Positions 58,330 through 64,000 of a stretch of 64,000 bases of DNA are shown piece after piece. The notes under the pieces were generated by a model that searched no databases, was not told the DNA's origin, and worked only from the letters and a program-made list of their open reading frames with translations. Both the position numbers and the translations under genes were made by a program. How positions within the stretch are numbered: position 1 is the first letter of the stretch; each line of letters starts with the position of its first letter. Origin of the DNA: a virus (lineage: Duplodnaviria > Heunggongvirae > Uroviricota > Caudoviricetes); the IMG/VR virus record IMGVR_UViG_3300007177_000114. One strand, 5' to 3'.

Positions 58330-59400
58330 ATGAAAATAGCTATTATAGCAGATACTCATTGGGGTATTCGTGGTGATAATTTAACTTTTATGAATGCCAC
58401 AAAGAAATTTTTAGATGATATTTTCTTTCCAGAACTAGATAAACAGAATATTAAATGTGTTGTCCATCTCGGTGATTTATTTGATCGCCGAAAGATGACA
58501 AATACTATTACAGCCCACAGATTACGTACTGATTTTATCCAACCACTATTAGATCGTGAAATTGACTATCATCAGATCGTGGGCAATCACGATACATTCT
58601 ATAAAAATACAAATGTTGTCAATGCAATTGATGAATTTTTCAGTTATATTGATATGAAGATTTATCGTGATCCTACCGAAGTGATTATCGGAAATCAAAA
58701 AATTCTCATGCTTCCATGGATTTGTGATTCCAATAGAGAAGCAAGTATGAAGTGTATTGCTGATTCTAATTCTAGATATTGTTTCGGCCATCTAGAATTA
58801 GAAGGGTTCGAAATGTATCGTGGGCATTTTGCTACTCATGGTGAAAAATCAACTTTATTTGATAAATTTGAACTTACACTTTCAGGTCATTATCATCATA
58901 AATCCAATAAAAATTCAATAGTTTATGTGGGTTCACATGCCCAATTTACTTGGTCTGATTATGGGGATGATCGTGGGTTTCATATCCTAGATCTTGATAC
59001 TTCAGAGTTGACTTTTGTCAAGAACCCATATATAATGTTTAATAAGATCTTTTATGACGATAAAGATGAGAAATCACTTGATTCTTTGGTCAAAAAAGAT
59101 TGGAGTATTTACACGAATACTTTATGTAAAGTAATTGTGCAAAATAAAACCAATCCTTATTGGTTTGAACTTTTTTGTGAAAAATTAGAAAATGTCAATC
59201 CAATTGACTTTCAAATTGTAGAAGATCATCACAATTTGGATATTATGAGTGAAGATCAATTGATTGATGAAGCAGAATCTACATTGGATATTTTTAAAAA
59301 GCATATATCCCAAATGGAAGATTCTACAATAAATGTAAAAAAACTTGAAAAAGTTATTACAGATTTATATAATAAAGCTATATCAATGGGTGTAGAGTGA
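58330..59400 (+). CDS. gp47: Recombination endonuclease subunit (Mre11/SbcD-like)
   Basis: ADTHWG, HLGDLFDRR, GNHD, FGHLEL, SGHYHH metallophosphoesterase motifs. Confidence 0.95.
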   Translation: MKIAIIADTHWGIRGDNLTFMNATKKFLDDIFFPELDKQNIKCVVHLGDLFDRRKMTNTITAHRLRTDFIQPLLDREIDYHQIVGNHDTFYKNTNVVNAIDEFFSYIDMKIYRDPTEVIIGNQKILMLPWICDSNREASMKCIADSNSRYCFGHLELEGFEMYRGHFATHGEKSTLFDKFELTLSGHYHHKSNKNSIVYVGSHAQFTWSDYGDDRGFHILDLDTSELTFVKNPYIMFNKIFYDDKDEKSLDSLVKKDWSIYTNTLCKVIVQNKTNPYWFELFCEKLENVNPIDFQIVEDHHNLDIMSEDQLIDEAESTLDIFKKHISQMEDSTINVKKLEKVITDLYNKAISMGVE

Positions 59401-61112
59401 TAGTCTTTAAAGTTATTCGATGGAAAAATCTGCTTTCAACAGGTAATCAATTTACAGAAATAAATCTATATAATTCTGGCAATACACTTATTGTCGGAAC
59501 AAATGGAGCAGGAAAATCAACACTACTTGATGCTCTAACTTTTGTTCTTTTTGGTAAAAGTTTTCGAAATATCAATAAGCCACAATTGATGAATACGATC
59601 ACAAAACGTGATCTACTTGTTGAAGTAGAATTTACAATTGGTAAAAATAACTACCTCATTAGAAGAGGTATGAAACCAAATGTATTTGAAGTATTTTGTA
59701 ATGATACAATTCTAAATCAATCTGCTGAAATGCGTGATTATCAGGAAATTCTTGAAAAACAAATTCTGAAGTGTAATTACAAGACTTTTTGTCAAGTTGA
59801 TATTCTTGGTTCAGCATCATTTGTGCCATTTATGCAACTTCCTGCAGCTCAACGAAGAGCGGTTATTGAGGATCTACTTGATCTTCAGGTATTTACTAAT
59901 ATGAATGTTCTTTTGAAAGAACAAATCCAACAGAATAATCAAGACATTCTTGAAAATTCATATAAAAAGAAACTTGTTGACGAGAAGATTAAACTTTTAA
60001 AAGATCATCTTGCAGAAGTTACAAAAAAGAGTACTGCTTTTGTTGAGGAAAAGAAAAATATTATTAAGTCACTCAGAATTAGCATCCCTGAAAAGCAAAA
60101 GAACATTGATATTGTCAATTCTGAAATTGTCAAATTAAACGATTCAATAAAGCATATTGATCAAGCAGCTCTTAAAACAAAATTAGCAAAACTAGAAACT
60201 TTAAAATTTGAATTAACTTCTAAAAAGGAAATGCTCAAGAAAGAGATTCATTTCTTTAAAAACCATGAGCATTGTCCTACATGCAATCAAAATATTGACT
60301 CTAAATTAAGTTGTGATAAAGTACAAATGGGTACTGATAAAATCAAGGAACTTGATGATGGTCTGACCAAACTACAAGTCTTGCTTTCAGATGTAAAAGA
60401 TTTGCTGATGTTATATGATTCAACCATGGCAATTATCAGTGCACATAAAAATACTATAGCCACAAATGAACTTAGCATCAGTCAAATTGAATGGAAGATT
60501 TCCTCAATTGAAAATGAGATTAAATCTGCTACACAAAATATTTCAGAATCGTCTGATTTAAAAATTGTGGACTTTGAAAAACAATTAACTCTAATTGCAA
60601 AAGAATATAATGAACTTCATGAACATAGAGCAGTTCTATCACATGCTGCCGGACTCTTAAAGGATGGTGGTATTAAAACAAAAATTATCAATCAGTACAT
60701 TCCGATTATCAATAAGTTAATCAACAAGTATTTGTCTGCTATGGATTTCTTTGTTGACTTCCAACTCAATGGTCAGTTTGAGGAAACAATTAAATCTAGA
60801 CACCGTGATGAATTTAGTTATGCTTCATTTTCAGAAGGTGAAAAACAACGAATTGATCTTGCACTATTATTCACTTGGCGTGTAGTTGCTAAATTGAGAA
60901 ATTCAATGAGCACTAATCTTTTGATTCTTGATGAGGTGTTTGATTCTAGTCTTGATAATAATTCAACAGAAATGCTCATGCAAATTCTTAATACAATTGG
61001 AGCAGAATGTTCATTGTTTGTAATTTCACACAAGGATCATCTGATTGAAAAGTTTCCAAATATTATCAGATTTACAAAAAATAAAAACTTTAGTAGAATT
61101 GAAGGTCAGTGA
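59397..61112 (+). CDS. gp46: Recombination endonuclease ATPase subunit (Rad50/SbcC-like)
   Basis: GTNGAGKST Walker A, CPTC zinc hook, FSEGEK signature, LILDE Walker B. Confidence 0.96.
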   Translation: MIVFKVIRWKNLLSTGNQFTEINLYNSGNTLIVGTNGAGKSTLLDALTFVLFGKSFRNINKPQLMNTITKRDLLVEVEFTIGKNNYLIRRGMKPNVFEVFCNDTILNQSAEMRDYQEILEKQILKCNYKTFCQVDILGSASFVPFMQLPAAQRRAVIEDLLDLQVFTNMNVLLKEQIQQNNQDILENSYKKKLVDEKIKLLKDHLAEVTKKSTAFVEEKKNIIKSLRISIPEKQKNIDIVNSEIVKLNDSIKHIDQAALKTKLAKLETLKFELTSKKEMLKKEIHFFKNHEHCPTCNQNIDSKLSCDKVQMGTDKIKELDDGLTKLQVLLSDVKDLLMLYDSTMAIISAHKNTIATNELSISQIEWKISSIENEIKSATQNISESSDLKIVDFEKQLTLIAKEYNELHEHRAVLSHAAGLLKDGGIKTKIINQYIPIINKLINKYLSAMDFFVDFQLNGQFEETIKSRHRDEFSYASFSEGEKQRIDLALLFTWRVVAKLRNSMSTNLLILDEVFDSSLDNNSTEMLMQILNTIGAECSLFVISHKDHLIEKFPNIIRFTKNKNFSRIEGQ

Positions 61113-61462
61113 TGAAAGTTATTATAGCCGGAAGTAGAAAAATAAAAGATCCAGAAATAGTTCTTAATGCTATAGAAGCTTCTGGGTATAACATCACCGA
61201 AGTTGTTTCCGGAAAAGCTAAAGGAGTTGATACTATCGGTGAAGCTTATGCAAGAATAAATGATATCCCAATAAAAGAAATGCCAGCAGAATGGGATAAG
61301 TATCCTAAAAATTTTGCAGGGCTAATTAGAAATAAAGAAATGGCTATCTATGCCGATGCAGCCATTATAGTGTGGAATGGTACATCTACCGGAACACATA
61401 ATATGATAGAAAATATGAAAAGAGTTAAAAAACCTTACTTTTTAGTTAAAGTTAAACAATAA
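61109..61462 (+). CDS. SLOG-superfamily (DUF2493/YspA-like) nucleotide-binding protein
   Basis: KVIIAGSR, EVVSG.AKGVDT.GE.YA, AG.IRN.EM, WNG.S.GT..MI. Confidence 0.75.
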   Translation: MMKVIIAGSRKIKDPEIVLNAIEASGYNITEVVSGKAKGVDTIGEAYARINDIPIKEMPAEWDKYPKNFAGLIRNKEMAIYADAAIIVWNGTSTGTHNMIENMKRVKKPYFLVKVKQ

Positions 61463-61471
61463 GGATATAAT

Positions 61472-62593
61472 ATGTTTTTACCTATGCTTTATAAACGGAC
61501 TGCCACAAAAGCAGTTCAAACATGGGTCATTGAGATTGAAGGTGATTCATGGAGAACTATTTCTGGTCAACATGGTGGTGCCATGGTCACCTCTACTTGG
61601 CACAAATGTTATGCAAAAAATACTGGTAAAAAGAATGCAACCACACCAGAAGAACAGGCAATTCTAGAAGCAAAAGCTAAACATAAAAAGAGATTAGAAC
61701 TTGACTATTTCGAGAGTATGGATGATATAGATAATGATATCTATTTCAAACCCATGCTTGCCGCAAAGTATAAAGATCGTGTGGGTAAACTTGATTTTAA
61801 GAAAACAGTGTGGTCACAACCCAAACTAGATGGGATGCGTTGTGTTGTCACAATGTCAGGTATGTATTCACGTGCAGGTGAACTAGTTGTATCTGCACCG
61901 CATATCCATGCCTATATGCTTGAAAATGGATTCTGGGCCAATGATGAATCTTTAGTCTATGATGGTGAACTATATAATCATGAGTTTTATGAAAATTTCA
62001 ATGAACTTATGAGTATTGCTAGACAAACTAAACCATCTATGGATGATCTAAATAAATCAAAAAAATTGCTTCAGTATCATATCTATGATATCACAGGTGA
62101 AAAAGAAGAAACCTTTGATGAACGGTTTGCTTCGAAAGATCTTAAAAATAGTCCGTGTGGTACAATTCAGTTTGTAGAAACTACAGAAGTAAGTAGTCTT
62201 GAACAAATTGATGCTAAGTATGAACAATATCTTGAAGCAAATTATGAAGGTCAGATGATTCGAGTTAATGATTTTTATCATAATAAGAGGTGTAATACAC
62301 TTCTAAAAAGAAAAGAATTCATTGATGAAGAATATAAGATTCTTGATATTGTTGAGGGTAATGGAAATCGTGCTGGTATGGCAGGTAGAATTACACTTCG
62401 AATGAAAGACGGTAGAACATTTGGTGCTGGAATTAAAGGCTCACATGAATATTCTAAAAAACTATTAGCCGAAAAAAACAAATATCTTAATAACGACTCA
62501 GAAGCAACTGTTCGTTATTTTAGACTGACCCCAGACGGAATTCCAAGATTTCCGGTTGCTGTTTATCTTTATGAAAAAGGACGAAATACATAA
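61472..62593 (+). CDS. ATP-dependent DNA ligase with WGR-like N-terminal domain
   Basis: PMLA, QPKLDG.R (motif I), YDGELY, YHIYD, EGQMIR, LLKRK, PRFP. Confidence 0.92.
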   Translation: MFLPMLYKRTATKAVQTWVIEIEGDSWRTISGQHGGAMVTSTWHKCYAKNTGKKNATTPEEQAILEAKAKHKKRLELDYFESMDDIDNDIYFKPMLAAKYKDRVGKLDFKKTVWSQPKLDGMRCVVTMSGMYSRAGELVVSAPHIHAYMLENGFWANDESLVYDGELYNHEFYENFNELMSIARQTKPSMDDLNKSKKLLQYHIYDITGEKEETFDERFASKDLKNSPCGTIQFVETTEVSSLEQIDAKYEQYLEANYEGQMIRVNDFYHNKRCNTLLKRKEFIDEEYKILDIVEGNGNRAGMAGRITLRMKDGRTFGAGIKGSHEYSKKLLAEKNKYLNNDSEATVRYFRLTPDGIPRFPVAVYLYEKGRNT

Positions 62594-63081
62594 TGGAACT
62601 TATTACCCATACTAATAAACTTTTAAAAGAAGTCAGTAAACCATTTGATTTTCGAAATCCACCATTTGATCCACTAGAGTTCTCCCAAGAACTAGTTAAA
62701 ACAATGTATGATCACAATGGGATTTGTCTGGCAGCAATTCAAGTAGGAATCCCTCTTAGGGTATTTGCTATGAGAGGTTCACCAGAAAATTTTGTTTGTT
62801 TTAATCCTAGACTTGTTCAACCATCTGAACAAATGATTAGACTTGAAGAAAAGTCGTTGACATACCCTGGTTTATGTGTTAAGGTAAACCGACCTCAACA
62901 TTGCCGTGTCAGATTTGCTACGCCAAATGGAGAGGTCAGAACAGAAACATTTACGGGGATAACAGCACGTGTATTTCAACAATCCATGGACTTTCTTGAT
63001 GGTCGGCTATTCTATTCAGCTGCTAATCCTATTCATCGTGAGCAAGCTCTAAGGAAGTGGAAAAACAGTGGCAATTTTTAA
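62593..63081 (+). CDS. Peptide deformylase homologue, probably catalytically inactive
   Basis: PDF scaffold (L.K.M...NGICLAAIQVG, F.NP, V.RP, F.G..AR.FQ...D.LDG), but EGCLS reads EKSLT and QHEIDH reads QQSMDF. Confidence 0.8.
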   Translation: MELITHTNKLLKEVSKPFDFRNPPFDPLEFSQELVKTMYDHNGICLAAIQVGIPLRVFAMRGSPENFVCFNPRLVQPSEQMIRLEEKSLTYPGLCVKVNRPQHCRVRFATPNGEVRTETFTGITARVFQQSMDFLDGRLFYSAANPIHREQALRKWKNSGNF

Positions 63082-63244
63082 TTGGACATTAGGCTTAGTA
63101 GCATCTTTGCTATTTACAGCTTTCTGTATTAGTGGTATACTATCTGCACCAGCGGTAATTGTTCTATATGCTTTAGGTTTAAGTATTGGAATTCTTTGTG
63201 TTGGTGTATGTGCTATTACATTATTTTTTGGTATAACATATTAA
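63068..63244 (+). CDS. Small two-transmembrane-helix protein (58 aa, GTG start)
   Basis: Below the ORF-track cutoff; fills the gap exactly; VAIFNWTLGLVASLLFTAFCISGILSAPAVIVLYALGLSIGILCVGVCAITLFFGITY. Confidence 0.5.
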   Translation: MAIFNWTLGLVASLLFTAFCISGILSAPAVIVLYALGLSIGILCVGVCAITLFFGITY

Positions 63245-63245
63245 T

Positions 63246-63788
63246 ATGAATATTTTTTATATTTCTACCGACCCTATCCAAGCAGCACAATGGATGGTAG
63301 ACAAGCATGTAGTTAAAATGATTCTAGAATCAGCACAACTACTGTCTACTGCCCATCGTATTCTTGATGGTGTAGAAGTTGCTGGTAAATCTAAGACCGG
63401 TCGAAATGTAAAGCGTTGGGTATTAAATGACGCTCGTGATCCCGTGATTTACACCGCTACGCATGTAAATCACCCAAGTGCTGTTTGGTGTCGCAAATCA
63501 GTTGAAAATTATAATTGGCTTGTGGATCATTTTCATGCACTTGGTAAAGAATATACATATCGTTACGGTAAGACTCATAAGTGCTTTGAGGGTGAACTAG
63601 CTTATATGCTATCATCGCCACCAAATAATCTTAAGTCTTATGATTGGACGGAAATGCCATCTGCAATGGCTGATGAGTACAAAATCAGCAATGATTCATT
63701 GACAAATTACCGTCATTATTATAAAGTAGCAAAATCTCGTATGCACTCTTGGAAAAATCGCCAACCACCAGAGTGGATTAATTCTTAA
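63246..63788 (+). CDS. Pyrimidine-dimer DNA glycosylase / endonuclease V-like protein
   Basis: MNIF....DP..AA....DKHVVKMILESAQLLSTAH; THVNHPSAVW.R.S..NY.WL..H..AL..EYT.RYGK.H. Confidence 0.8.
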   Translation: MNIFYISTDPIQAAQWMVDKHVVKMILESAQLLSTAHRILDGVEVAGKSKTGRNVKRWVLNDARDPVIYTATHVNHPSAVWCRKSVENYNWLVDHFHALGKEYTYRYGKTHKCFEGELAYMLSSPPNNLKSYDWTEMPSAMADEYKISNDSLTNYRHYYKVAKSRMHSWKNRQPPEWINS

Positions 63789-63809
63789 ACTATAATCAAA
63801 GGATATATT

Positions 63810-64000
63810 ATGAACTTCTCACTTACAGCTAATGATATTGAAACACTCCGTAGTATTCAAGGTAAACTTCATGGTCAAGCAAATGCTATGGGGTGGCATA
63901 ATAAGCCACGAGAAATCGGAACAATGCTTGCACTTTGTCATTCTGAACTATCGGAAGCACTAGAAGGTGCTCGAAAAGATCTAATGGATGATCATCTAAC
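63810..64000 (+). CDS. MazG-like nucleotide pyrophosphohydrolase, truncated at the window end
   Basis: H..A...GW...PREIGTMLAL.HSELSEALEG.RKD.MDDHL. Confidence 0.75.
   Translation, partial: MNFSLTANDIETLRSIQGKLHGQANAMGWHNKPREIGTMLALCHSELSEALEGARKDLMDDHL

Noticed and set aside
1988-62481. Numerous 60-110 aa alternative-frame and antisense ORFs in the track
   Set aside because: They are nested in well-supported genes, lack motifs and RBSs, and are expected from codon bias.
1-64000. tRNA/rRNA genes or stop-codon recoding
   Set aside because: Intergenic gaps are too short and show no cloverleafs, and core genes are full length in the standard code.

Overview
This window is a dense segment of a T4-superfamily myovirus genome. 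It is AT-rich (GC roughly mid-30s %, estimated by eye), uses the standard genetic code, and follows the gene order of the cyanophage/alphaproteobacterial (exo-T-even, phiM12-like) T4 relatives. Bases 1-55800 are the late structural block: gp2, gp4, gp48, gp53, hub, split gp5, PAAR, gp25, gp6, gp7, gp8, a split VrlC/DUF4815-like protein, about 16 kb of mosaic fibre/tailspike genes, gp13-gp23 and gp3, punctuated by T4 late promoters (TATAAATA). Bases 55800-64000 hold uvsY, uvsW, gp55, gp47, gp46, a SLOG protein, DNA ligase, a PDF-like gene, a pyrimidine-dimer glycosylase-like gene and a truncated MazG-like gene. Five observations stand out. (1) The terminase large subunit is fractured into two genes joined by an atypically split intein (34-aa IntN, 99-aa IntC), with a free-standing GIY-YIG endonuclease between them. 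(2) That endonuclease has a late promoter inside a perfect 14-bp hairpin. (3) Near-perfect sigma70 promoters point antisense at the starts of the terminase and late-sigma genes. (4) The peptide deformylase homologue has lost all its metal ligands. (5) A His-rich ADP-ribosyltransferase-like gene sits in the head operon. External virion proteins are also rich in N-X-S/T sequons. No tRNA, rRNA or CRISPR array was seen. All family assignments come from motif recognition and synteny, not database searches.
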